This document shows, in pieces, positions 42,878 through 53,453 of a stretch of 64,000 nt of DNA; positions within the stretch are counted from its first letter, which is position 1; each line of letters begins with the position of its first letter. The notes below the pieces were generated by a model. It searched no databases. It worked only from the letters and a program-made list of their open reading frames with translations, and had not been told where the DNA came from. The position numbers and the translations under genes are program-made. The DNA is from an uncultured Alphaproteobacteria bacterium (GTDB lineage: Bacteria; Pseudomonadota; Alphaproteobacteria; Rhizobiales; Kaistiaceae): NCBI GenBank assembly GCA_963749755.1, contig CAVVOK010000010.1, forward strand, positions 101,301 to 165,300, given 5' to 3'.

Positions 42878-45104
42878 TGCCAATTCATCCTGACAAGTCG
42901 GCGGTTTCAGCCATCGTCCACGGCGACTGCACCGATCCGTTTGCGGTTCTCGGCATGCACACCGGACGCGACGGCACGCTCACCGTGCGTGCGTTCGTGC
43001 CGTGGGCATCCGCGGCAACCGTCATTGCCGACGACGGCCGCGATGTCGCATCGCTGGAGCGCATCGACCCGGAGGGTCTGTTCTCCGGCAAGGTTGGAAA
43101 GGGCGAACGGTTCCGCTACCGCTTGCGCGTCGAAACCGGCTCAGGTGCGCGCGAGATCGAGGACCCGTACCGCTTTCCGCCGGTGCTCGGCGACTTCGAT
43201 GTCCATCTGCTCGCGGAAGGAACCCACCACCGGGCGTACGAGAAGCTGGGCGCGCATGCGACCAACATCGACGGCGTCGACGGCGTATCCTTCGCCGTGT
43301 GGGCGCCCAATGCCCGCCGCGTGTCAGCGTCGTCGGGCCCGTTCAACGAGTGGGACGGCCGGCGGCATCCCGATGCGCCTTCGCCACGCGTGCGGCGTGT
43401 GGGAATTGTTCGTGCCCGGGCTTCGGGCCGGCGAGGTCTACAAGTACGAGATCAAGGCACAGTCCGGCGAAGTGCTTGCGTTGAAGGCGGACCCGTTCGG
43501 GTTCTACGCCGAGCGCCCGCCTGCGACCGCTTCCATCGTCTTCGACCTGGACGACTATCGCTGGAGCGACGCCGAGTGGCTGTCGGCGCGCGCCGACACG
43601 CGCCGCGCGCGAGGCGCCGATCGCCATCTACGAGGCGCATCTCGGCTCGTGGAAGCGCCACGCCGGACGAGGGCAACCGCTACCTGACGTACCGCGAGCT
43701 CGCCGACGAACTGGTCCCCTACGTGCGCGACCTGGGCTTCACCCATATCGAGCTGATGCCGGTCGAGCGAGCATCCCTTCGACGGCTCCTGGGGCTACCA
43801 GCCGATCGGCCTCTACGCTCCGACCAGCCGCTACGGCACGCCGGACGATTTCCGCGCTTTCGTCGATCGCGCTGCCACGCGCGAGGGCCTCGGCGTCATC
43901 GTCGACTGGGTCGCCGGCCACTTCCCCAACGACGCGCACGGCCTGTCGTGGTTCGACGGCACGCACCTCTACGAACACGCCGACCCGCGCCAGGGCATGC
44001 ACCCGCGAGTGGGATACGCTCATCTACAATTACGGCCGGCGCGAGGTCGCGCAACTTCCTGATCGCCAACGCCCTGTTCTGGGTGCGACCGCTACCACAT
44101 CGACGGGCTGCGCGTGGATGCCGTCGCCTCGATGCTTTACCTCGACTACAGCCGCAAGGCCGGCGAGTGGATCCCGAACCGCTTCGGCGGCCGCGAGAAC
44201 CTCGAGGCCATCGATTTCCTCCGCCACATGAACGAAGCCGGTGTACGGCGAGAGTCACCGGCGCGTTCACCGTCGCCGAGGAATCGACCGCCTGGCCGAT
44301 GGTGTCGCGCCCGACCTATCTCGGCGGGCTCGGCTTCGGCTACAAATGGAACATGGGCTGGATGCACGACACGCTCCACTACATGGAGCAAGGAGCCCGT
44401 CCACCGCCGATATCATCACGACGGCCTGACCTTCGGTCTGCTCTACGCGTTCACCGAGAATTTCGTGCTGCCGCTCTCCCATGACGAGGTCGTGCACGGC
44501 AAGCGGTCGCTGCTCTCGCAAGATGCCCGGCGATCGCTGGCAGCAGTTCGCCAACCTCCGCGCCTACTTCGGCTTTCATGTACACCATGCCGGGCAAGAA
44601 GCTGCTGTTCATGGGCGGCGAGTTCGGCCAGGACCGCGAGTGGAACCACGACCGCGGCCTCGACTGGCACCTGCTCGACGATCCGCTCACGCCGGCGTCC
44701 AGCGGCTGATCCGCGACCTGAACGGCCTCTACCGCGCCTTGCCGGCGCTCCACCGGCTCGACTGCGAGCAGGACGGGTTCCAGTGGATCGACGCCAACGA
44801 CCGGCGAGGCAGAGCGTCGTGTCCTACCTGCGTTTGGCCGCGCGCCGGGGACGAATTCGCGGTGGTGGTCTGCAACTTCACGCCCGTCGTCCGCGAGGGG
44901 TACCGCGTCGGCGTGCCGGAGGCCGGCTATTATCGCGAACGGCTGAACACCGACGCGGCGGAGTATGGCGGCAGCGGCGTCGGCAACCTCGGCGGCTGCC
45001 AGGCGGAGGCGACGCCAAGCCACGGCCGGCCGTTCTCGCTGTCCTTGACGCTGCCGCCGCTCGCGACGCTCGTTCTTGTTCCCGACGGCCCGCCCCGCGC
45101 GTGA
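42877..45104 (+). pseudogene. glgB: 1,4-alpha-glucan branching enzyme, about 15 frame changes
   Basis: The sequence is intact up to ..[14 protein letters not shown] (about 43330). After that, conserved blocks hop between frames: [16 protein letters not shown] / [16 protein letters not shown] / [30 protein letters not shown] / [12 protein letters not shown] / [11 protein letters not shown] / [14 protein letters not shown] / [29 protein letters not shown] / [14 protein letters not shown] / [15 protein letters not shown]. The ATG overlaps the treS stop. Confidence 0.85.
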
Positions 45105-45129
45105 CCGCCGCGCCCGATGAGGATGGACG

Positions 45130-47365
45130 GTGGTTGAAGATGCAAACGTGAGCGGAGACGCCGACCCCGTGACCGTCCCGACCGAGATGCACGTTCGGGC
45201 GCGGTCGCCCGTGTGGCCGGGCATCCCCTATCCGCTCGGCGCCACCTGGCCGATGCCCGCGGGGTCAACTTCGCGCTCTTTTCGGAGAACGCGGAGAGAG
45301 TCGAGCTGTGCCTGTTCGACGCGTCGGGCACGCGCGAGATGCGAGCGCATTCGTCCTCCCGGAGTACACCGACCTCGTCTGGCACGGCTACGTGCCGGGG
45401 CTCGCGCCGGGCCAGCTCTACGGCTATCGCGTATACGGCCCGTACGAACCCGCGCAGGGGCACCGATTCAACCCCAACAAGCTGCTGCTCGACCCATACG
45501 CCCGCCGTATCGCCGGCGACTTCCATTGGGACGACGCGGTCTATGGTTACACCGTCGGGCATAACGACGGTGACCTGTCGTTCGATAAGCGCGACAGCGC
45601 GCGCGTTCATTCCGAAGTGCCAGGTGATCGGCGGCGCGCTTCGACTTGGGAAGACGACGTGTCTCCGGGCCATGCCTGGACCGAGACCGTCATCTACGAG
45701 ACGCATGTGCGTGGCTTCACCATGCGCCATCCCGGCGTCGCCAAGCACCGCCGCGGCACGTTCAGCGGCCTCGCCGACCCCGCCGTCATCGCCTACCTCA
45801 AGGATCTCGGCATCACGGCGGTCGAACTGCTGCCGGTCCACGCCCACATCGACGAGGCGTTCGTCGTCTAGCGCGGGCTGGTCAACTACTGGGGCTACAA
45901 CACCATCGGCTTCTTCGCGCCCGAGCCGCGCTACCTCACCGACGGCGGCATCGACGAGTTCAAGGCGATGGTCAAGGCGCTGCACGACGCGGGCATCGAG
46001 GTCATCCTCGACGTCGTCTACAACCACACCGCCGAGGGCAACGAGCTCGGGCCGACGCTGTCGCTTCCGCGGCATCGACAACGCCTCCTACTACCGGCTC
46101 GATCCGGAAGACCGCGCGCTACTACCTCGACTTCACCGGCTGCGGCAACACGTTCAACCTGCATCGGCCCGCGCGTGCTGCAGCTGGTCATGGACTCGCT
46201 GCGCTATTGGGTCGAGGAGATGCACGTCGACGGGTTCCGCTTCGATCTGGCGACCACGCTCGCGCGCGGCCAGGACAGCGGCTTCGATGCCCAACGCGAG
46301 CTTCCTCGACGCGATCGGCCAGGATCCGGTGCTGGCGCCCGTCAAGCTGATCGCCGAGCCGTGGGACATCGGCGCCGGACGGCTATCAGCTCGGCAATTT
46401 TCCGCCGCGGCTGGTCGGAATGGAACGACCGCTACCGCGACGCCGTGCGTCGGTTCTGGAAGGGCGAGGACGGCACGATCGGCGAGACTGGCGTCGCGCG
46501 TGACCGGCTCCAGCGACATCTTCGATCGCCTCGGCCGGCGCCCGCTGCGCCAGCATCAACTTCATCACCGCCCACGACGGTTTCACCCTCACTGACCTCG
46601 TCAGCTACAACGCCAAGCACAACGACGCCAACCACGAAGGCAACCGCGACGGCTCCGACCAGAACCACAGCTGGAACTGCGGCGCGGAAGGCCCAACCGA
46701 CGATGCGCTGATCAATCGCCTACGCCGTCGCCAGCGCCGCAATTTCCTCGCCACCCTGCTGCTGTCCCAGGGCACGCCGATGCTGCTCGGCGGGCGACGA
46801 GATCGGCCGCTCCAAGGGCGGAAACAACAACACCTATTGCCAGGACAACGAGCTCACCTGGATCGACTGGGAAGCGATCGGCGACGAGGCCCGTTCGCTA
46901 CGGGATTTCGTCCGCCGTCTGCTTCAGCTCCGCCGCGACCACGTGGTATTCAGGCGGAGCCGCTTCTTCCACGGCGCGCCGACGCCCGGCACCGACGTCA
47001 AGGACATTACGTGGCTCCGCCCCGACGGCGGCGAGAAGGAACAGGCCGATTGGGAGGTGCCCTACGCCCGCTGCCTCGGCTTCGTGCTCAGCGGCGAGGC
47101 CGGCGCTTACCATCTGACCACCGGCGGCGAAGGCGAACCGGACGACACGTTTCTCGTCATCATGAACGCCTATCACGACGCCGTGCCTTATTGCCTCCCG
47201 TCGTTCGACTCCACCCTTGGGTGGGAACTCGTACTCGACACAGCCCGTGAAGACGGTTTCTCCGACGGCGAGCAATATCCGCCCGGCCACACCGTGTCGG
47301 TGAGCGAACATTCCATGATCCTGTTCATTCGGCGCGTCTCCGTCTCGCCATCGCCGGAGAGCTGA
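45130..47365 (+). pseudogene. glgX: glycogen debranching enzyme, about 13 frame changes plus an in-frame TAG
   Basis: The blocks are PYPLGATW / RGVNFALFSENAERVELCLFD / LPEYTDLVWHGYVPG..YGYRVYGPYEP..FNPNKLLLDPYA / TETVIYETHVRGFT / TAG at 45869 / [34 protein letters not shown] / FRGIDNASYY / DGFRFDLA / KLIAEPWD / WSEWNDRYRD / [12 protein letters not shown] / [11 protein letters not shown]. The start is uncertain (GTG 45130 or ATG 45187). Confidence 0.85.
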
Positions 47366-47375
47366 TGCCGGGCCC

Positions 47376-49625
47376 TTGGCCGCCTTTGTCGATCCCATGG
47401 GGCCTCGCACGGGAGGCGCCGTTCCCGTGAGCACGGCACCGCTGGCGCGGCTCGCGGCACTCGCCGGCGTGGCGACGTCCTACCGGGATTCGTGGGGCGA
47501 AATCCGCTACGCGACCGACGACACTCTGCGCGGGCTCATCCACGCCATGGGAATCGCCGTCGACGGTCGCCATGAAGTCGAGGAGAGTATCCGCGCCCTC
47601 TACGAAGCCCCGTGGCGCCGGCCGCTGGCGCTCACTGCCGTCGCCCACCCGCAGAACGACGTCCGGATTGCGGTGACCGTGGCCGAGCAGGCTGAGCACC
47701 GCCCGCTTGCGTGGCGCATCACCAACGAAAGCGGCGACATGCGTGCCGGCAACGTCGATCCCAACGAGCTCCCGCTTGTCGAAGCACGGACCATCGACGG
47801 CGTGACTTATCACCGACGCAGGTTCACGCTGCCGGTTCCAGTCGGCCTCGGCTACCATGACCTAAGCGTCGAACCGGCCGACCACGAAAGCCCGGCCAAC
47901 CTTCGCCTGATCGTCGCGCCACCGCGGTGCCATCCGCTGTCCGGGCGCGGCGACGGAGGCCGCGCGTGGGGCGTCGCGGTTCAGCTCTATGGCCTCACGT
48001 CCGACGGCGACTGGGGTGCCGGCGATTTCACGGACCTGACGCGTCTCGCCGAAAGCGCCGCCGCCCTCGGCGCGGACGCGATCGGCCTCAACCCAATCCA
48101 CGCGTTATTTCCCGGCAATCCGAGCCGCATAAGCCCCTATTCCCCATCCGACCGCCGCTTCCTGAGCGTCCTTTATCTCGACATCGCGGCCATCGCCGAC
48201 CTGGCGGACGCCGAGGACGCCCGAGCGCTTCTCGCCGATCCGGGCTTCCAGACCGCCCTTGCCACGGCGCGCGCCGCGACGCTGGTCGACTACACGACCG
48301 TCCTTAAGGCAAAGCTCGCCGTCCTCCATCGCCTCTACGCCGCGTTCCGCCGTGCGAACCTCGATGGACCCGGCGGCATCAGTGGCCGTGGCGCCGCGTT
48401 CCGCACCTTCCAACGCGCCGGTGGCGACACGCTGGCGCGGTTCGCCCTCTTTCAGGCGCTATCGGACCATTTCGGCCCGAACGCCAAGTGGACGGATTGG
48501 CCAGCCGCATACCGCGACCCCGCGTCGCCTGACGTGGCGGAATTCGCGAGCGCCCACGCCGACCGCGTCGAGTTTTTCGCGTACCTTCAATGGCAGGCTT
48601 CCGGGCAGCTCGGCACCGCGCAGACCGCTGCGAAACGCGCCGGCATGGCCGTCGGCCTCTACCACGATCTAGCGCTCGCCCCGGACCCCGCCGGCGCGGA
48701 AGCCTGGACCGGACAGGCCCTGTTCGCGCACGACGTCGCCATCGGCGCCCCGCCCGACGATTGGAACCTCAAGGGGCAGAATTGGGCGCTGCGGCCGTAC
48801 AACCCCAGTGCGCTCATGGCGACCGGCTGCATCCCCTACGCGGACATGATCCGCGCCAACATGAGTCACGCCGGCGCACTCCGCATCGATCATATGATGG
48901 GGCTGGAGCGCCTGTTCTGGATCCCTGACGGTGCCGAAGCGAAAGACGGCTCGTACGTGCGCTATCCCGCCGACGAGCTGTTTGCCGTCCTGGCATTGGA
49001 GAGCCACCGAAAGCGGTGCGCTGTCATCGGTGAGGACCTCGGCACGCTGCCAGAGGGGTTCCAGGAACGCATGCGCGGAGCCGGCATCCTCTCATACCGG
49101 CTCATCTATTTCGCCCACGCCCCCGGCGGGGGGCCCCTGCCGCCTGACCGCTATCCCGCCGAGGCGGCGGTGGCTGTGAGCACCCACGACCTTGCGACCC
49201 TCGCAGGCTATTGGAACGACGCCGACCTCGATCTTCGCCGCGACCTCGAGCTGTACCCGGCGCCGGCCATCGAAAAACAAGCCCGCGCGACACGCGCCCG
49301 GGAGCGCAAAGGCCTGGTCGCCGCCCTCCGGCAGGCGAAGCTGTTGCCCGCCGACCCGTCCGGGGCCGTTCCACCGTTTTCCTTCCAGCTCGCGCTCGCC
49401 GTCTATCGCTACCTCGCGCGCACCCCGTCTCGGCTCTTGCTTGTCCAGCTTGAAGATGTCCTCGGCGTCATCGACCAGGCGAACCTTCCGGGCACGGTTG
49501 ACGAACACCCCAACTGGCGCCGGAAACTCCCGACGACCGTCGCGGGTTTGGCTGCCGACGCACGCATCCGCGCGCTCGCCGACGCGATCGGATCTGAGCG
49601 CGGCGTCAGGCCGCACTTGCCATGA
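47376..49625 (+). CDS. malQ: 4-alpha-glucanotransferase (amylomaltase), long form
   Basis: An uninterrupted ORF with WGVAVQLYGL, GLNPIHAL, RIDHMMGLERLFWIP, VIGEDLGT and HDLATLAGYW. The true start may be GTG 47427, downstream of GGGAGG. Confidence 0.88.
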   Translation: MAAFVDPMGPRTGGAVPVSTAPLARLAALAGVATSYRDSWGEIRYATDDTLRGLIHAMGIAVDGRHEVEESIRALYEAPWRRPLALTAVAHPQNDVRIAVTVAEQAEHRPLAWRITNESGDMRAGNVDPNELPLVEARTIDGVTYHRRRFTLPVPVGLGYHDLSVEPADHESPANLRLIVAPPRCHPLSGRGDGGRAWGVAVQLYGLTSDGDWGAGDFTDLTRLAESAAALGADAIGLNPIHALFPGNPSRISPYSPSDRRFLSVLYLDIAAIADLADAEDARALLADPGFQTALATARAATLVDYTTVLKAKLAVLHRLYAAFRRANLDGPGGISGRGAAFRTFQRAGGDTLARFALFQALSDHFGPNAKWTDWPAAYRDPASPDVAEFASAHADRVEFFAYLQWQASGQLGTAQTAAKRAGMAVGLYHDLALAPDPAGAEAWTGQALFAHDVAIGAPPDDWNLKGQNWALRPYNPSALMATGCIPYADMIRANMSHAGALRIDHMMGLERLFWIPDGAEAKDGSYVRYPADELFAVLALESHRKRCAVIGEDLGTLPEGFQERMRGAGILSYRLIYFAHAPGGGPLPPDRYPAEAAVAVSTHDLATLAGYWNDADLDLRRDLELYPAPAIEKQARATRARERKGLVAALRQAKLLPADPSGAVPPFSFQLALAVYRYLARTPSRLLLVQLEDVLGVIDQANLPGTVDEHPNWRRKLPTTVAGLAADARIRALADAIGSERGVRPHLP

Positions 49626-49822
49626 TGCGTCGTTCACCAAGATGAAACCATGCGGCACGAACTTTGCTCCGTTCGTGCCCAACACGCGCTACGGGCTCTG
49701 GAGTGCCGCTCTTCTAGGCAACGTCGCTGTTCGGCGTCCCGCATCAGCCTCAAGGCGTTCACGTCGCTGACGCATGACAATGATGTCGATTGCAGCACGA
49801 CAACATGAGGTGCGGGGTCGTC

Positions 49823-51358
49823 ATGCGCGTCTTGCATGTGGCGTCTGAAGTCTTTCCCCTCGTCAAGACGGGCGGCCTTGCCGACGTAACGGGCGCGTTG
49901 CCGTCTGCTCTGAAAGAGCTTGGCGCCGATGCCCGGCTACTCCTTCCCGGGTATCGGCAAGCCCTGGCCCGTGCGCTGAGGCTGACTGAAGTCGCCCGGT
50001 TGGATGACCTGCTCGGCTGCGGCGAAGTTCGCCTTCTTGAGACGAACCTGCCCGAAAGCGATATCGCCGTCTGGCTGATCGATTGCCCGGCGCTGTACGA
50101 CCGGCCGGGTGGCATCTACCAGGACGAGTCGGGCGTGGAGTGGCACGACGGCGCGCTCCGCTTCGCCGCTCTGTGCCACGTCGCCGCGCTCATCGGCGAG
50201 GGGCTGCTCGAATCGTGGCGCCCGGACATCGTGCACGCCCACGATTGGCACGCCGCGCTCACGCCGATGCTTCTGGCCACCCGGCCCTCGCCGCCTCCGA
50301 CCGTACTGACGGTTCACAACCTCGCCTACCAGGGACTGTTCGCGGCCGACATCTTCGATCGGCTCCGCCTCGATCACCCGGAGGCTTACGCGACGCTCGA
50401 GTTCTACGGCCGGCTTTGCTTCATCAAAGCCGGCATCGCCTTCGCCGATGCGCTGACAACCGTCAGCCCGACCTACGCCGCCGAAATCCTCACGCCGGAA
50501 TACGGCTGCGGCCTCGAGGGGGTTCTCAACGAGCGCGCCGAGCGCCTCCAGGGCATCATGAACGGCGTGGACTACGACGTATGGGATCCCGAGCGCGATC
50601 CCCACCTGCCCCATACCTATTCGTGCCGCCGCCTTGCCGCGAAGCACGCCTGCAAGGCCGCGCTTCAGGCGGAGATGGGGCTCGAGCTGGCGCCGGACGC
50701 GCCGTTGCTGGCGTTCAGCAGCCGTCTGGCGCACCAGAAGATGCCCGACATCGTCCTTGAGGCGCTACCTGTCCTCCTTGAGGGGGAAGGTATCCAGTTC
50801 GCCCTCGTCGCCGAAGGGGAGGCCTGCTACGAGGCCGCCTTCCGCGACCTCGCCACTCGCTATCCCGGGCGCGTGTCTGTCGCGATCGGTTACGAGGAGG
50901 GGCTGGCGCACCGTCTGCTCGCCGGCGCCGACGTCCTGCTTCATCCGTCGCGCTTCGAGCCATGCGGCCTCGCGCCGATCTATGCCCTGAGGTACGGCAC
51001 GCTGCCGATCGTCAGGCGGAGCGGCGGCACCGCCGACAGCGTCGTCGACGCCATCGAGGATTCGTTGCGCTGCGAGACGGCGACCGGCTTCGTATTCGAG
51101 CGGGCAACCGCGGGCGATCTCATCGCCAGCGCCCGGCGCGCGCTCGCCCTTTACGGTCAGCCGATCGTTTGGCGAAAGATGCAGATGTGCGCCATGCGGC
51201 ACGATTTCGGCTGGGAGCGGCCGGCGCGCGCCTATCTTGATCTCTACCAGGCGCTGGTTGCAGACTCTCCCGCCGCTGGTGCACATGCGGCGGAGACCAT
51301 GGAGGACAAATGGCACGCGGCTGATTGCACCGAGGCGGACGTGCACACGGCAGCTTAG
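49823..51358 (+). CDS. glgA: glycogen synthase (GT5)
   Basis: MRVLHVASEVFPLVKTGGLADV (KTGGL motif), ..HAHDWHAAL.., ..PSRFEPCGLAPIYALRYGTLPIVRRSGGTADSV. The start is at the Met preceded by GAGGTG. Confidence 0.92.
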   Translation: MRVLHVASEVFPLVKTGGLADVTGALPSALKELGADARLLLPGYRQALARALRLTEVARLDDLLGCGEVRLLETNLPESDIAVWLIDCPALYDRPGGIYQDESGVEWHDGALRFAALCHVAALIGEGLLESWRPDIVHAHDWHAALTPMLLATRPSPPPTVLTVHNLAYQGLFAADIFDRLRLDHPEAYATLEFYGRLCFIKAGIAFADALTTVSPTYAAEILTPEYGCGLEGVLNERAERLQGIMNGVDYDVWDPERDPHLPHTYSCRRLAAKHACKAALQAEMGLELAPDAPLLAFSSRLAHQKMPDIVLEALPVLLEGEGIQFALVAEGEACYEAAFRDLATRYPGRVSVAIGYEEGLAHRLLAGADVLLHPSRFEPCGLAPIYALRYGTLPIVRRSGGTADSVVDAIEDSLRCETATGFVFERATAGDLIASARRALALYGQPIVWRKMQMCAMRHDFGWERPARAYLDLYQALVADSPAAGAHAAETMEDKWHAADCTEADVHTAA

Positions 51359-51408
51359 CCGCGGCGCCTGGGCATTTTCGGCGCCGACCATGCAGAGGAG
51401 GTGAAGTC

Positions 51409-51627
51409 ATGACCCCGAATAGGCAAACCGATCGCGAGACGGCCAAACAGGCGGTCGCGCAGCGCGCGTACGCGATTTGGGAAGCCGAGGGCCGGCCGGA
51501 CGGTCGCGAAGTCGACCACTGGCTCCGCGCCGAGGCCGAGGTCTCAACCGCGGCCGTGGAGCTTGCCCCCAAGCGGCAGCCGCGACGCGTGGCCGCTACG
51601 CGGCGCCCGCGCGAGCGCAAGGCGTGA
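51409..51627 (+). CDS. DUF2934-family small protein
   Basis: MTPNRQTDRETAKQAVAQRAYAIWEAEGRPDGREVDHWLRAEAE; GAGGAGG lies upstream of the ATG. The family call is from memory of the RAYxxWexxGrPxGxxxxdWxxAe signature. Confidence 0.7.
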   Translation: MTPNRQTDRETAKQAVAQRAYAIWEAEGRPDGREVDHWLRAEAEVSTAAVELAPKRQPRRVAATRRPRERKA

Positions 51628-51739
51628 GGCCAGGGCCCAACACCGTATTTCGACTGCCACCCACACCCCTCCCCGCGCCTGCCGGTGCCGTGCGCTTCAT
51701 GTGCCGGCACCGCGCGGCCGCCAACCCAGCATCCCTCAT

Positions 51740-53437
51740 ATGACCATTTCCGCGTTCGCCGCGCGCACGCACATCGCTTACTTCTCGATGGAAATCGCCA
51801 TCCGCCCGGAGATGCACACCTACGCCGGCGGCCTCGGCGTACTGGCGGGAGACACCGCCCGTTCGGCGGCGGACCTCGAGTTGCACGTGGTTTTCCTCAC
51901 TCTGGTCAGCCGCGCCGGCTATTTCCGCCAAACGATCGACGGTGATGGGCGCCAGCACGAGGCGTCCGATTGGTGGGATCCCTCCAAGTGGTGCGAACCG
52001 CTCGACGCGATGGTCGCCGTGAACATCGACGGGCGCGCGGTCTGGATTCGGCCCTGGCTCTACGTCCACGCGTCCCCTTACGGCCACCGCATCCCGATCC
52101 TCCTGCTCGACACCGACCTTGACCAGAACGCCGAAGAAGACCGGATGCTCACGCACCACCTTTACGGCGGCGACGACGAATACCGGATGAAGCAGGAGAT
52201 CGTCCTCGGCATCGGCGGCATCCGCACGCTCCGCGCCCTCGCCTTCAACATCCGGACCTACCACCTCAACGAGGGGCACGCCGCGTTCCTGACGCTCGAT
52301 CTGCTGACCAGCTTCACCGTCCCGGCGGACCAAATGGAGCCGGGCGACTCGCCCTACGAGGTCGCCGAGGTGCGCGAGCGCTGCGTTTTCACGACCCACA
52401 CCCCGGTCCAGGCCGGGCACGACACATTCTCGTACGACCTCTATCGGCGCGCTTTGCCCGACCTTATCGACCTCGACGAGGTGAAGCGGCTCGCCGGTAA
52501 CGATCAACTCAACATGACGCGTCTGGCGCTCAACCTGTCGGGCTACATCAACGGCGTCGCGCGGAGCCACGCCGAGACGACCGGACAGATGTTTCCCGGA
52601 CACCGCATCCACGCGGTGACCAACGGCGTGCACGCCGAGACGTGGGCGCACCCTGCGTTCGCCAAACTATTCAACGCGCACTTTCCCCATTGGTGGCACG
52701 AGCCGGAGATCCTCGTACGTGCGACGAGGCTGCCTACGGAGGAAATTTGGCGCTGCCACCAGGAGGCCAAGGCCGACCTGATCGACACCGTGCGGGAGCT
52801 CGGCGGCGTCGGCCTCGATCCGGGCATGCCCATCATCGGATTCGCGCGTCGCATGACGGGCTACAAGCGCCCGACGTTGCTCTTCTCGGACCTCGACCGC
52901 CTCACTGCAATCGCGAAGCGCCATCCCTTCCAGGTCGTGCTCGCCGGCAAGGCGCACCCGCGCGATGGCGAGGGCAAGGAGGCCATCGCCGAGATTCACA
53001 AGATCATCCGTGGGTTGGAGGGCAAGATCACGTGCGTCTTCCTGCCCAATTACGACATGAACATCGCCAAGGCCCTCGTCACCGGGTCCGACGTGTGGCT
53101 CAACACACCGTTGCCGCCGCTGGAGGCATCCGGCACCAGCGGCATGAAGGCGGCGCTAAACGGAGTGCTCAATCTCAGCGTGCTCGACGGTTGGTGGATC
53201 GAGGCGTGCATGGAAGGCGTCACGGGTTGGGCGATCGGACCGGCCGGTACCGGTGCGAAGTCGTCACTCCACGCCACCGCCCTCTACGAGAAGCTCGGCG
53301 ACACCGTCTTGCCGCTGTACTACGAGGATCCGGAGCGCTGGCGCTGGATGATGAACCACGCGATCGCGTTCATCGCATACTACTTCAATAGCCAGCGCAT
53401 GATGCGCCGCTACGCAACCGAGGCCTACCTCAACTGA
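51740..53437 (+). CDS. glgP: alpha-glucan phosphorylase, short (about 565 aa) GT35 type
   Basis: It starts MTISAFAARTHIAYFSMEIAIRPEMHTYAGGLGVLAGD and carries the PLP-lysine region EASGTSGMKAALNGVLNLSVLDGWW. Confidence 0.88.
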   Translation: MTISAFAARTHIAYFSMEIAIRPEMHTYAGGLGVLAGDTARSAADLELHVVFLTLVSRAGYFRQTIDGDGRQHEASDWWDPSKWCEPLDAMVAVNIDGRAVWIRPWLYVHASPYGHRIPILLLDTDLDQNAEEDRMLTHHLYGGDDEYRMKQEIVLGIGGIRTLRALAFNIRTYHLNEGHAAFLTLDLLTSFTVPADQMEPGDSPYEVAEVRERCVFTTHTPVQAGHDTFSYDLYRRALPDLIDLDEVKRLAGNDQLNMTRLALNLSGYINGVARSHAETTGQMFPGHRIHAVTNGVHAETWAHPAFAKLFNAHFPHWWHEPEILVRATRLPTEEIWRCHQEAKADLIDTVRELGGVGLDPGMPIIGFARRMTGYKRPTLLFSDLDRLTAIAKRHPFQVVLAGKAHPRDGEGKEAIAEIHKIIRGLEGKITCVFLPNYDMNIAKALVTGSDVWLNTPLPPLEASGTSGMKAALNGVLNLSVLDGWWIEACMEGVTGWAIGPAGTGAKSSLHATALYEKLGDTVLPLYYEDPERWRWMMNHAIAFIAYYFNSQRMMRRYATEAYLN

Positions 53438-53453
53438 TCCGGCGCCCACGCGG

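Noticed and set aside
43320-43370. The odd glgB segment [13 protein letters not shown] where VSVVGDFNxWDG is expected, considered as a genuine sequence variant
   Set aside because: An alternate frame reads RVSVVGP over the same bases. The segment is most simply explained by closely spaced compensating indels and is counted with the indel cluster rather than as a novel motif.
49654-49679. A 9-bp stem hairpin (GGCACGAAC-8 nt-GTTCGTGCC) right after malQ, considered as a terminator
   Set aside because: No U-tract follows the stem, and glgA starts 145 nt downstream in the same direction. It may be an mRNA-stabilising or processing hairpin, but it cannot be called an intrinsic terminator.
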